Shown piece after piece: positions 36,703 through 49,430 of a stretch of 64,000 nt of DNA. Source of the stretch: Lama glama (lineage: Eukaryota). Below the pieces are notes generated by a model, which was given only the letters and a program-made list of their open reading frames with translations, was not told the origin of the DNA and searched no databases. The DNA is taken from assembly GCA_028534125.1 (NCBI GenBank), contig CM052817.1, positions 25,050,001 to 25,114,000 on the forward strand, written 5' to 3'. Each line of letters starts with the position of its first letter. Positions within the stretch are counted from its first letter, which is position 1. The position numbers and the translations under genes are program-made.

Positions 36703-38379
36703 CTAAGAGGAAGAAGGAAGAATGGCTACTGGGGACCGTCTGTAGTCTCTGATGAAAGACTGCCCCACTCTCTCCCTCCTTCCCTACTTGATTGCTGGCT
36801 CCCCTGCCACCCTCCGGACACACCCAGCTCTCCGCCCTTCTGGAGGCCACAGCCCCATCCCGGGGCACCTGCACCCCCTGCTGCCTCTGCGTGGGAGGAA
36901 CATAGTTTCCTCAGTCACTCCACTCGGGTCACTCCTCAGGGAGGCCGGCCCTGCCTACCCTGCCTGACAGGTCCCCCTGCCCCTCTCCCCTGCCTTCCTC
37001 TCCCCTCAGCCAGCTTTCTCTGTCTATGTCACTCAGGGTTCTCAACAGCATAGTGATTTCCTTCTCTATTTGTCTCTGTCTCAGCAGAGCAAGATTTGTG
37101 AGGGCCAGGCCTGACTTCGAATAGATTTGTGCTGAGGTTTTTAAATCCATGAGCCTGTTCAATGCTCATTCATTTGGAATATTTTCTTTGGGCTTCTTGT
37201 GCCCAGGGTGGTGGAAAGTAGGCCAGTGACCCTGGAATGTTCACGACTGACCCTCTGCCTCCCGGGGTGGCCCGGTCTCTCCAGGTCCTCGGGGCTACAC
37301 CTCCCAGCTGGGGTGTGAGCCAGAGAGAGCAGAGTGAGTTGGCAGCAAACCTTCCTAAGGCAGCCACGTCATTTCTCAGACGAGCATGTGGTATTCACAC
37401 CCATTTAATGTAGCGGCCCAGTCAAGGGAGAGGCCTTGGTTCATCAGATTTACCCCCTACCAGGAAAATCATCTCCTCTCTAAGCAATCTGGCTTCCAAG
37501 ATTTAAAAGTGCCTTATCAGCTTAAGCGGATCTAAGAAAACGAACATTTTATAACTGTGATCATATAAGCAGCTCCAGAAAAAGAATAGCTCAGCCCTGA
37601 TGGGTGGTTCTGACAAACCGGGCAGTCACACACTGCAGAAATAGCTAGAACCTTTGTGACTTCACAGGGAGCCAAATAGAAATGCCCTTGACAAGTGGTG
37701 CTGAAGTCCTCCTGCAGTTGTGGCGCAGTCAGGCGCTCGACGTGCACCAAAAACGTTTTTCTCCAACTAGACCCGCTTCTCCAGTGGAACCCTGTTAACT
37801 GGAGCCCTCGAACTGAATTGTTATGCTTAGATTTTAGGGAAGGGGGACACAGCTACAATAAAAGCAGCTCATCTAAAGGGTCTGGTTAACACCAAACAGA
37901 AAGACAATTCCGGCAGCCGGCGGCAGGACTGGAATCAGGGTTGACTCGGTGGCTTCTGTGTTTTTTTTATCGACATCCCACACCATCTGGAATCACAGTG
38001 CCCTGACACCCGGCAGGGTCCTGTATGATTAAAAGCAGGCCAGGCCCTGGCCCATGAGACAGAGATTTTCAGCACCACTGGTTAAAAAGAGTTTCCTGTT
38101 AACCAGAAAAGGCCAGGTATCAGAAGAACCTCAATTTCTCAGCATTTTAATTTTTGAGATTTTATGGTGATAAGAAGAAAGGAAATTATTTTTCAAGAGA
38201 GTGTGTTGTGGCGGTTTTTTTTCTAGGAAAAATACGTCTTCTGGGACAAGGTGTCCATGTGGTCTGCTTTGGCCGGACACAAGAGTAGCCCAGACAAAAT
38301 CAGGGGAGGCCCAGCTTTGCTCACTGGCTCAATTCTGGGGCAAGTGGTGCTTCTGCACTTCAGCCAGGTTGTCTGGAAG

Positions 38380-38703
38380 AGGTCATTTTGTTCAGACTGT
38401 TCCCATAAATTCCCCTAGATCAGAGGAGGTGAATTTTCTTATTCCCCAGATTCCGAATCCTCTCAGTAACTGACTTGGCAGTCTGCATGATGGGCAGCCA
38501 ACAGAGAGGGGCCAATGTCTCAGAAAGCTAGGCCAGATCAGGGCCTGGGAGACTCCAGGACTGCGCCAGAAACCAGCGTCTCCAGCAGGGTGGGGACCCG
38601 TGCGAAACCAGGGGGCGCCTCCATGGCTTCAGGACTGGTAGGCACCAACCACAAAGTACCATCTTGGCCCCTTCCAAGGTTTTCCAGAAGGTTCTCACAT
38701 TCC
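38380..38703 (-). pseudogene. Putative pseudo-exon, TM3-ICL2-TM4-ECL2
   Basis: EPSGKPWKGPRWYFVVG (38694-38644), then after a frameshift VLKPWR (38635-38618), SFLRHWPLS (38529-38503) and KF...LWEQS. The 3' boundary is uncertain. Confidence 0.55.
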
Positions 38704-39523
38704 CTGCACACGGCAGGCATCGTAATCTTGTATTTTAATGGGGGTGAGTGTGGCAGCCAGCAGCTCGGCAGTCAGGGAGGGCCTTGCTCCGCGTTCGCCG
38801 GTAGGGTCAGCCCTCAGTGAACGCCGGTCCTCAGAGCACCAAAAGAAAATATTTTTCATGTGATGTCTTGGAAACTATTTCTCACATGCAGAGGCTCCCT
38901 GAGCCTTCAGAGGCCACAAACCTAAAAATGTTGCAGATACTTTGGAAACCAAAGAAGCTTTTCTGAGACTGTGTGAAAAGGCTGCCAGTGTCCTTACAGC
39001 TGGGCGGTCTGAGGCGTCTTCCCTTTCACTCTTTTTTCTTCCTGTTTCTTCCTCTGTGAGACCCCTTCCCTGGGAGGTTCCTTTTATTCCTCAATGGTGA
39101 CAGCCTGGTCCCAACTGCAAACTTCACTCCAGCTGTGGGAGCTCACAGGAAGGTGAAGAAAGCATCTCCTCTGATTGGGAAGGGGAGGGGGTGGGGCAGT
39201 CAAAGCACAGCTGTCCAGATCTCTGGGGGGCAAATGGCTTTTTATGTTTTATTCGCAGTGCCCATGACCCATCCCCACCCCAAGACTAGGACCCAAAATG
39301 TCGGGGGACTGGCTGGGAGAAGACAGAAGGGAGGCGCAGTGTGATGCTGGGGATCCTGCTGTCCCGTCTCCAGCTCCACTCAGACTGTAGTCTCTCCTGC
39401 CAGACTCTTCGCTCTGGTCTGCAGCAGACCCTTGCCAGAACCTCAGAGCCCGCGGCTTCAAAGACTCAAGCTGGAGCCGCCCCTGCAGACAAGCCAGTGG
39501 CAGATCAAGCTGATGCTCTAGGA

Positions 39524-39803
39524 CTGTGCCAGCCAAAACACACGTGCAGACCACGCACCTGAAATGTAGCTAGAGTGAACTGAGATGTACTGTAAGTATA
39601 AAATGCGCACTGGATACTGTAAAACGTCTCCTTAATAATGTTTATGTTGATTATGTTTTGAAATGATACTCTTTTTGATATATTGGGTTAAGTAAAAGAT
39701 GCTATTAAAATTAGTTTCATGTTCCTCTTTCCTTTTATTCACGGGGCTACTAGAATGCTTAAGATGACCCCTGTGGTCTGCATTACATTTCTATAGGACA
39801 GTG
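39524..39803 (-). mobile_element. MER33
   Basis: cacctgaaatgtagctag...tgagatgtactgtaagtataaaat...tattgggttaa...cattacatttctataggacagtg. Confidence 0.8.
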
Positions 39804-41511
39804 ATACTCCAGAAACTCTGAAAGAAACTTCAGTGTGGTTTAGGGGTCAGGAATGCTCGGTGAGAAAAGGAGGGGCACTGCACTGAGACAGGAGGGGAGG
39901 ATTTCATCAGAGAATGAGAGAAGGGCTTTTCCTTTGGGGAAAAACTGTTTTAACTCATTAGCCAACCAGCTGGACCAGAGCAGCAGGGGCAGCAGGGTAC
40001 TGAGCGGATTTTATGCAGATGCCTGTTTCCATGGCTTGTTAGCTCAAGCCAGTCTTCCGGTCTGCATGGGCACACCAGAGGCAGGACCTGGGAGGCTGCG
40101 ATGTGATCTGTCTCCAAGCCTGTTAGCCCTCCAGGAGGAGGGGGACCTGTGTTTGCCCTGAAAGACAGTGGTACAGACAGCGGCCAACATAGAGGCATTT
40201 TTTAATCAGGACAAAAAATTCAATACGAACAGCTGCCATTTCAAGGCTGCGGAAGAATCTTAAGTGCTTACTGTCTATTTAGTGTTCTCAAAAATTCCAT
40301 TCAGTTGGTTTAATTACTGCCTGTGTTTCACAAATCAGGAAGCAGGTTCCCTCTGGGGTTAATAACAGGCAGAAGTCACATCGGCTAAGAGGAAATCAGG
40401 GTTTGCCTCACAACCCCCTTCTGAACCACCACGTGCCACCTTGTTCCAGCTTCTGCCTGGAGCCGGGGCCCCACCCCACAGCTGGCTGCTGGCCCAGGCA
40501 AGCTTTCCTGGACTCTGCTGGCTGCTCCTTGTCCAACAGGTACAGCCTGAGTCCCTGCCCAGCTCCCAGCCCTGTGCTGCAGGCTGTGGAATGTGACAGA
40601 AGCATCCAGCCCGCTCTCTGAAGCCCTCTGCTGCCTGGGGAAGTGCCACTTGGGCAGGGGGGTCAGCGAGACACAGGGTCCTGGGTCCTGTGGTCAGTCC
40701 CCAGGTGCTCAGTGGGGGTTGACATCTGCTCCCGGCATCACCAGGCTTGGGGAGCCTTTGTTGTCCAGCCCTCTGTTTTCTGTTTCACCCTGGCAGGTTC
40801 CATCTGGCACTTAGATATTATAAATAGCCACTGCTAGGGTGTGGCTTGGGTGGAGACCTGGAGGCTGTTCTCCGCCCTGAAGGGGGAAAGAAGCTTATTT
40901 AATTCATTTCTGTGCTTGGAAGCCTCTGGCTGTTTAGAATGCCAATTAAGTGGCAGCTGCAGGGTTTTTTTCCTTTCCCTACCCCAAGAAGGCCTGCCTG
41001 ATTTTCTGGGCCTGTTGACTTAAGCTCTTACAGGAGGTTGGGTGGGGCACACTTGGCAGGACCACAGCCTCTCTGAACATAGGCTGGCTGAGTTCTGCTG
41101 ACTCTCTGCCTCGGGGTGGGGAGTGGGCAAGCTTCCCCAGAGAGGCCCAGCCCTTCCCTGTTTCTTCCAGGATGTAGAAGGTTGGGGGAAGAGGAAAGAT
41201 CTTTCCCTGAGAGTGGGGAGTCCAACTGGCCAGTACCTGAGGGAGCCCCCAAACTGGTACCTTAACAGATGCCCCAGAAGGGCTCTAGACCTTGCAGCTC
41301 CCATAGAACTTAGGTCTCTGCACCGTGCATCTGGCATCAATCACATGCTTCCTGGTGGCTTACATCCGCTCTGAGGGCTGCTTCCTTGTCAGTGTAGTGG
41401 GCATTACAGTGTCCCCCCAGAGTGCTGGGGAGGGTGGCATGGCCCAACACAGAGAAAGTGCTTGGCACAGCGCCTGGGACATAGTGAGAGCCCACAGACA
41501 CCAGCTCTCAC

Positions 41512-41855
41512 CAGCTTCCATATTAGGTTAAAATGCAAAGCCAGAAAACACTCAAAGAACAGTTCCTGAAGGGTTCAGTGCAACCTACGGGAAGACCAAA
41601 ATAAATGGAAGAACTTCCAGTTATCAGCCAAATGATAACATCAAAGATGATATTTAAAAATGAAAGCACCACATAATGAAATATTAAATATATATTAATA
41701 CATGATAAAAAGAGCATTACAAGATAAAATGATGGCACAAAAGCAAAGCAAGTGGGTATGTCAGCAGACAAAAACGAGAAACATTCAAACACTCATGCTC
41801 CAGGAGTCTTCACCATTATTAAAAGTCCTTGATGTGTGACCTTTTAGCTCCTTTT
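41512..41855 (-). pseudogene. Putative pseudo-exon(s), TM1/TM2 region
   Basis: Acceptor gcatag| at 41855, internal acceptor tcttcccgtag| at 41584 and donor CTG|gtgaga. Strongly hydrophobic ORF at 41523-41792. Confidence 0.5.
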
Positions 41856-41987
41856 CTATGCATACAATAATTTGCATTTGCATGTGTATGTGTGTGCATG
41901 TGTGTGTATCTGGGTGGGTGGGGCAGAGGCTCTGATGCAGTTAGTCAAAGGAGTAAATGAGTAGATAACACTGCTCTGTGGATGTAC

Positions 41988-42230
41988 CTGGGGCTCATGA
42001 CAGTCTCGCATTATCAGCAGTGGTGACAGGAAAGTTTCTTAAGGGTCTGCCTGGTGGAATTTTTCTGCAGAAAAAGCCAATAGACATTGCTGTGTGATCC
42101 TTGTGGCCAAGACACCAACACCCCTGTGGGATTGCCCAAGAATAATGTGAAAATTCTAAAGGAGTTCTCAGGGCCTGCCGTTTGGCAAGGGGAGCTCCAA
42201 GTCATTGGAATTTCGGCAAAAATGTGAATA
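41988..42230 (-). pseudogene. Putative pseudo-exon, end of Cache domain plus EGF-like module
   Basis: Frameshifted mosaic EIPM/NDLELP/PC...WPQGSH..QCL.GFF; donor CAG|gtacat; acceptor not clear. Confidence 0.4.
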
Positions 42231-43689
42231 TGATGTCATCGTTAAACAAATATTGAGTCGTCTGTTCACTTTATAAGTAGCTTTTATTTCATGGTTAATT
42301 AGGAGGAAAACATATTATTCAATTTTTATATTAGATGCACCGAGTCCTTCTGGTGTTTTTTGAACAATAGTAAAGGAGGTAAGATTCGAAGCAGTCTATC
42401 CATGTTCTTCAGGTTGTATTGGCTGTGAGACACTCTGGGTGTTCAAAGACGGCCGACTGCCTTTCATTCCTCTGATCGCCATCCTTCCCTGGCATGAGGG
42501 AGGAGGAAAGGAATATGAGGCCCACCTCGTGCAGTATCTTAGATCGAATTAGGTACCCAACGGAGTGAACAATTTGAACCCAACACATCCCCAGTCGCAA
42601 AAGCTGGCCAAGGCTCTCGGCACCCAGGACCTCAGGAGCTGGGAACCCGGTTCGCAGGAGAACTTCAGGTGTGCCCCACACCCCCGAGAAGAAGCACACC
42701 CTCTCAAAGAGTGCAAAGGCCCTTGTCTGGTCTCCATTCTCATCCCTGTGTCCAGAGTTTAAGGGCAACAGAGGAGGAAAATCTGCCTACAGGAGCGTCG
42801 GCGCTCTCTAGGTGATAACATTGTCTTGCAGGGTGCCTTGGGGAGTACAATCCAACGTTATGCTCCTTCTGAACACAGAGTCAGGCTCCCTAGAGAATAT
42901 CAGAAGAGAGAAGCTTACTGGCAGGCAGGTAATGGAGGGACCCCTTTCTCCAGTTAAGTCCTTGCCTTGGGTACTCCATGGCCTGTGAAAGGCTGCAGGG
43001 GACCAACCTCTTGTTCTCTCTTCTTCCTTCTGCCCAGCTGGAGGGAGTCTCACCATCTGCTAGAACACCATTTAAGTTCCCCTTCTTCCTAGACTGAGTC
43101 TTCAGTATCAGATATCAAGACGTTCTGCATGGAGCCATCAATTTCACCTTCCAGAGAGACAGTGTTGTAACACCTGAAGACAGAGAGGAATAGCTGCATA
43201 TACAGGCCACTAGTTTCATTCATTCATTCATTTCATGCTTTCACTGAGTGCCCCAAGAAACACCTTAAATCCACCTTCTCCACTGTGACCACCTTGTTCA
43301 AGCCACCATCCTCTGTAAGCTGAACCAGTGTAAGATTTTCTCTTTATTTTTTTTAAACCCTTCTTCTCCCCCCCCCTTTTTTTGGAATGCCTTTATTGTG
43401 GAATAATTCCTGTACTGTAAATTACACGTTTCTTAATGGTTCTATTTGCTTCCATTCTCGACTTTCTCCTGCCCTTCTCATCAAGGAGATCTAAGAAACA
43501 ACAATAAGAAACCCAGATCTGGTCTCGTCTCTTGGCACTCCTGCTGAGCTTCGCTGATTGCCTTCCCTTCCATCTGTTGCTCGTGGGATGAAGACCTAAC
43601 TGTTCGAGGTCCTGTGAGCCACCCCCACTGTCTGCTCCCAGCCGCGGCTCTTCCCTTTTTCTGTCCTGCAGTGACACTGGCTGTCTCTC

Positions 43690-44085
43690 AGATCCTCAAA
43701 TCTGCACGAGCCCTCCCCTAGCCCTGCAGAGCCTGTGCCTGGACTGTCTCTTCCCTTCCCTCCTCACCTAAAACGACCTCCTTTAACTTCAGATCACAGC
43801 TCAAACATCACTTCCTCAAAAAGGCTTTCACAGCCTCCAGGCTTGAACAACTTCCTTGCAATATGTTCTCTTAACACTTGGTAATTTCCTTTCATATCAC
43901 ATATCAGAGTGATGCTTACATATTTTTCTGGGTGGTTATTTGTATTGACAGACATTAGTCTGTCTCCCCATTAGACTGTTCGTTGTGTAGAAATAGGGGC
44001 TGTGGCTGTTTTGCTCACCATTCTATTCTCGGAGCCTAGCATAGAGCCTCAAGCGAAGTGCTAAATAAATATTTGTCAGATACTT
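43690..44085 (+). mobile_element. L2 3' fragment
   Basis: cagctcaaacatcacttcctc...tctgtctccccattagactg...ttgctcacca...gcctagcatagagcct...aataaatatttg. Confidence 0.7.
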
Positions 44086-44364
44086 GAAAAGACAGGTAGA
44101 CTGGGCTCTCAGGTGTTTATCATCAGCTAAGAGAGAGGAAGAGTCCTACTTATTCTCCAAAGCCCTCTTCAAATGTCATCCTCATCATGAAATTTCTCTG
44201 TCCAAACCCCTCTCCTCCTCTCCACTCCAGGGAGAAGGAATCTCTTCCAGCACCTGCCCAGGATCCTGTGTGTCCTTAGTAACCCCTCGCTGGGCTTTTG
44301 GAAGCAGAGTGGTCCTCAGACCAGACCTCAACCACACTTTTCAGCTGGACAGCTCCACCTGGAT

Positions 44365-44780
44365 GCCTGTGCTCATTTCTTAGGGATGCTGTGACCAAGT
44401 ACCACAAGCTGGCTTGAAACAACAGAAATGTATTGTCTCACAGTTCTGGAGGCTAGAAGTCTGAAGTCAAGGTGTCTGCAGGGCCATGCTCCCTCTGAAA
44501 CACATGTAGGAGAATACTTTCTTGCCTCTTCTAGCTTCTGGTGTTTCCTGGCAATCCTTGGTGTTCCTTGGCTTGTAGAATCATTACTCCAATATCTGCC
44601 TCCATAGTCACATAGCCCTCTTCTTATAAGGACATCAGTCATTAAGGGGCCACTCTACTCCAGGTGACCCCATCTTAACTAATTACTACCACTTTACTGC
44701 CAACAAAAGTCACAGTCTGAGTTATCAAAGGTTATGACTTGACCACATGCTTTTACGGGGAGAACACAACACAACCCATA
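44365..44780 (-). mobile_element. MLT1 (MaLR) solo LTR, MLT1C-like
   Basis: gctgtgaccaagtaccacaa...aaacaacagaaatgtattgtctcacagttctggaggctagaagtctgaagtcaaggtgtc. Confidence 0.85.
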
Positions 44781-46473
44781 TCGAGCACAACAGATGACTC
44801 AAACTCAGGTACCAAATTGCCCTCAGGTCTCTGCCCCACATCCACACATCCTCCTGTATTCCTTATTGGTGGAACCAAAGGCCGTCTAAGCAGAAGAATA
44901 GGAAGTCGTCCCTTTCTTTTCCTTCTTCCGTATCTAATCAGTCATGGCATTCTGTTGACTATCTCTTTGACATTTCTCATATTCATTCCCCAATGACGGT
45001 ATTTTAGTTCCTCCACCTTTAATCCAGACAATTGCGGGAATCAAACTGGTCTTTCTGCCTCCTATTTCAATCCCTTCCAAATCACCCTCCATGTTGCTGC
45101 ATGAGACATGCGGTTAAAACACAAACATGACCGTGAAACCGTGTTTGAAGCTCTTCAAAGGCCCTGTTCTGCACGTAAGGTGGTCCAAGCTCCCCTGTGT
45201 GGCATGCAAGACTTCATCATCTCCTCCCAGCTTTTCCTGACTCAGCACCTGATAACACCTCTCTGCACTCTCATCTCCATCATGAACCGTTCAGTTTCCT
45301 AAACCTCAGGAATGGCCTTATGCCCTTGGGCTCATAGCAGGGACACTATTCGTGGAACAGCCGTGTGTTCCTGTGCATTTCACAACCTGGTGAGGTGCGT
45401 GATTAGTTTTACTCAGTGCGCTGCAGTTGGACGTGATTTGTATCACCTCTGCGCCGAACCATTGGAGGACCAGCGTGTTACCTCCCAGCTTGTTTCCTGC
45501 GATGCCAGCTTAGAAGCTGCGTGTTCCAACTTGGAATGTGCAGATGTAAGAATGCACGGATGCCACTAGCCTGGGTCTGAGGTGACTGTGTAGAGTGGAG
45601 CCCCGGCCCCTGTTTCTCTTCCCCATCCCCTAATCAGCTGACCTGCACTGGACTTGTGATTGGAAGGAAAGATAAACCTTAGCTACGTTCATCTTCCAAG
45701 GCTTCAGGGCTCACAGTGCTTCCCCTCTGTCTGCTCCATGCTTTTCAGCTGCCTGGGAAAGTCCTACTGATCCTTCCAGCTCCTTGGTCTTCTCTTCTGT
45801 AAAGCTCATCTGATCTACCCAGGAGAGTTAATTATTTCCTCTTGTGTTCCGACTGTAACACCAACATTGTCCTTATCATCTATTATCACAATGATTTCAT
45901 ATCCACTGAATCATGGAATAGTAGATGGGAGGTGCCTTGAGGGCAGGGACTGTGTCCCTCAGATTTCAAGTTTATATCCAGCACCCTCAGGGTGATTGGC
46001 AAAAGAGAACACACGATCTAACAAATGATGAATGAAAGAATGAACTGACGAAATGGAACCTGTACAGGCTGTCAGAGGGAGGTGATGGGGAAGGCCTCGA
46101 GGACCATGAAATGCTGTGTAGGACTCCATGGCTTGGAGACGTTAGGGGTCAATGATTGATCGCCATGTAAGCTTAAGTCGAGGTCAGAGGGGCGTCGGCC
46201 TAGGTGGTGCATATGACTGGGCTTGAGTGAGTGAAAGGGTCACAGAAAATAAAACTGTTGTGTGAGCAGTTAGGAAGGGAACCCCCAAATTCCTTTTCAC
46301 TCATGAGTGAATGAGCATGAGTGGAATAAAAGTGTTAGTAGAAAATGGTTGTCTAGAAAAATAGCACGCTTGTGTGATGCAAGCCAGAATGACTATTAAA
46401 TTAAAATTACATGTAGCTGGCACACTGGAAATGCCCGGAACAGGGATTGTGAACAAAATACAACTCTTCTTCC

Positions 46474-46548
46474 TGTCTATCTGTCTATCTATCTATCTAG
46501 CTATCTAGCTATCTAGCTATCTAACTATCTAGCTATCATCTATCATCC
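46474..46548. repeat. (TATC/TAGC)n microsatellite
   Basis: tctatctagctatctagctatctagctatct... Confidence 0.9.
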
Positions 46549-48659
46549 ATGTACCTATGTCTCTGAGTACCTCTGTATCCCCCTGTGTATGATGTATGTA
46601 TCTATCTGTCATCTGTCTACTCCCTGAGAGCAGTAGGGGCAGATCCGAGTTTTGTGGGGTCCCGCATTGTCTCTTTAAGTTTTATTTGCTAGCAGCAGAA
46701 ACCTTCTACCCGCAGTGATGACTTGGGCAAGCCAAGGAACTTACTGTAACATCCAGGCAATAAAAAAAATCCCTTGAGCTGCAAAAAGTAGGCTCACTTC
46801 GGATCTTAGCCTTCCACATCCCAGATGACGGATAAAACCCTACAGCTGAGCCTTCCATCTTCTCTCCTCCCTGTGCGCCTGCCCTGGGAGAGGGGGGCCC
46901 GGTCCTCTTCCTCTCCTCTAGTTCTGCTCACTTCCTCACCTTGCCAACTGCTGTTTCCCTCCAGGCCTGGAATGAAGCCCAGAAAGGGGAGAGGTAAGGG
47001 AATAAGATAGGTCTCACGTGCCCAGGGGGCTGAAGCCCTTGGGGCCACCAGCCTCCATGGAGTGGCCTGGCGGGTGATTAAAGCTGGGCCTGGCACGGGC
47101 TCTGCAGAGGCCTCCAGCTGGGCCTCTGTCTCCTGTGACTCCCTTGCCTGGGGCCGAAGGTCTCCACCCCTCTGGGTGGTCTCGTGCGACTCCTGCCACA
47201 GCTCCTGGGCGTCCGGGGGTATAATGGCAGCCCCGTTCTGCTGAGGACTCTGCCTATGCCTATAGGATCTGAGACCACCCCACTCCACCCAGCATCTTCT
47301 CCCTTTCCCACGGGCCCACATCTGGTCTTGGGACCCTCCCCTTGCTCTGCCACCGAAGCAGTGTCCATTGCGAACGCTGTTCCAGCGCTGTCCTGTGCAC
47401 TATACATTTATCAGCTCAGTGAATGCTCACAGCCACCTACAAGGATGTTTGTTTTAAAACTGCTACCTTAAGTTCTGAGGTCACAAAACCCTGCAGGCAC
47501 ATTTCATTTTGGGAGTGATTTTGATTGCAGACACAGGAATAGGGAGATGCAGGCTTTATCTTAGCCTGAACACGAACTCACTCTGAGGCTTAGGGTCAGT
47601 CAGTTACATCTCTGGAAGGCACACTTCAACACCGAGGTTCCTTCTTGCCCTAAAATCCTGTGAATCAAGAAATAATTCTTGAATAACAAATTGCATGGAA
47701 GTGTTTGGGGTGGGAGGTGCGAAAGGCTAGTTAGGGTCTAAGGTGTGGAGAAGCCCAGACAGTTCAGATATAAGTAAACTTTAAAAGTCTTGAGCCTCTT
47801 TAAGTTTTGAAAAAATGATATTTAAATTGCCTCAAAATCTAGGTCTCTGTCATTGCTTCTTTTATAATCCTAAACAGAAGTCTCAATATAAAGAGAGGTT
47901 GCAGAAGCATGTGGTTTTAAGAAACTTAAAAACATTTGCCTTTTGACTTATTAACTCCACTATCAGAAATAGACTCTAAAAAAATAATCAGAAGCATACA
48001 CAAAGATTTGTGTGTAAGAGGATGAATCACAATAGTCTTTACTGCAGTAAAAAAAAAAAAAAAAGGAACAACTCCCCTTGTTCAATTTATGCCCACATGA
48101 TAACCCTTCAGAGAGGGTCTCAAACCACACTCAGTCCAGCAGTGCTCTCTCGCCTTTTTCTGCCTTTCTGATTTACATAACACTCACCACCACCGATGCA
48201 GTGCAAGTTCATTTGCTTACTGGTTTACCTTCTTTCTCCAAACTAGGAAGTTAGCTCTGTGGGAGCAGTTAGGGGCAGATTCAGGTTTAGCGGGGTCTGA
48301 AGAGTGTATAAATCTGCAATCCTTTTTCAGAAAAGCAATTAAAAATTAACAATAGAAAATTGAGCGTGAACAGGAATATGAATTTAGAATAAAAAGAAAA
48401 GATCCCTGGAAGACTCCTCATTAGCCTGACAGTGAATCTGCTTCTGCCTCAAAGGGGACAGGGCTTGGTCTGCCTGGTTCAAAGCTGTATCTCAGGACCT
48501 AGACCAGTGCCTGCACATAGTAGGTGCTCAGGAAATACTTGTGGAAAGAAACAGGGATGGACAGTAGAGATTGGTTAAGTGAATGAAGAAAAAGAGGTGA
48601 AAAGTGGTTATATAACTGGCTCCCAAACACAACTGGGAATGGAGGGAACTGGGGTTGGA

Positions 48660-49093
48660 CATAGTGCTGCTGTCCCTGCCTTTCTGGGTCTGTGGCTGCC
48701 CAGCTAGACTCCACTCCCGGCCTCCCTTGCAGCTAGGTGTGACCACGTGATGAAGTTCTGGCATTTGAAATGTGAGCAGAAACCATGGTGCCCCTTCTTG
48801 GTGGGAACCTTCAGATTATGGGTGCCTCCCCTGTGTTTTCTCCCTTCCCCCTGCTGTCTAACATCAGGATGTGGTGGTGACTCAGTGTGACAAGATCCTG
48901 GAGGGGACGGCTGAGCAGCCAGCTGAGGAGAACCAAGATTCCAGGGTGACTGTAAAGAACAGAGCTTCTTTACTGACCAGCACAGTCCACATCTGGCTTA
49001 CGATGTGACAGAGCAATACTCTTCTTTCTTCTCTAAGTGTTGGCATTTGGGGGCCTCTTTGTTACAGCAGCTTGGCTGTACACTAACTAATAC
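48660..49093 (+). mobile_element. MLT1 (MaLR) LTR, MLT1J/I-like
   Basis: cctcccttgcagctaggtgtgaccacgtga...ggcctctttgttacagcagcttggc...ctaactaatac. Confidence 0.75.
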
Positions 49094-49224
49094 GGTTTTT
49101 AAACTCAAGCCCTTTTCATGGCACTACACTTCCCCCTAGCAGCACTGCCAGAAACAGGGAAGGTGATCTACTTAGAGCCAGTGCTCTGGCTTTTCTCCCA
49201 GCTGTTCCTCCTGCTTCCCTTTCC

Positions 49225-49430
49225 TGGTAACAATAGCAACTGCTGGCGACGTGTCAGGTACTGTCCAAAGTGCTTTCCATGAAATGACTCATTCAGTCCT
49301 CACCTTTGAGGAGATAGTTTTATTATCTCCACTTATAGATGCATGAACCGAGGCGCAGAAAAATTAAGCAACACAGCTAGTAAGTGTGGAGAGCTTGGAT
49401 TGTGATCCACGCAGGCTGGTTCCCACGCTT
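49225..49430 (-). mobile_element. MIR
   Basis: caggtactgtccaaagtgcttt...tattatctccacttatagatg...accgaggcgcaga. Confidence 0.7.

Noticed and set aside
37960..38095. KLFLTSGAENL as an alternative ICL2/TM4 exon
   Set aside because: It resembles KVFLSRTAQRI but no hydrophobic TM4 follows; the contiguous 38618-38380 reading fits better. Not fully excluded.
38555..38595. PTLLETLVSGAVL resembling GPR158 TM2
   Set aside because: It lies after the TM3 LKxWR motif, which is the wrong order; more likely an off-frame reading of the TM3-TM4 segment.
40810..40876. Minus-strand LAVAIYNI resembling class C TM6, downstream of an AG acceptor
   Set aside because: It is out of order (upstream of the TM3 remnant) and short, so probably chance; it shows the false-positive risk of by-eye motif matching.
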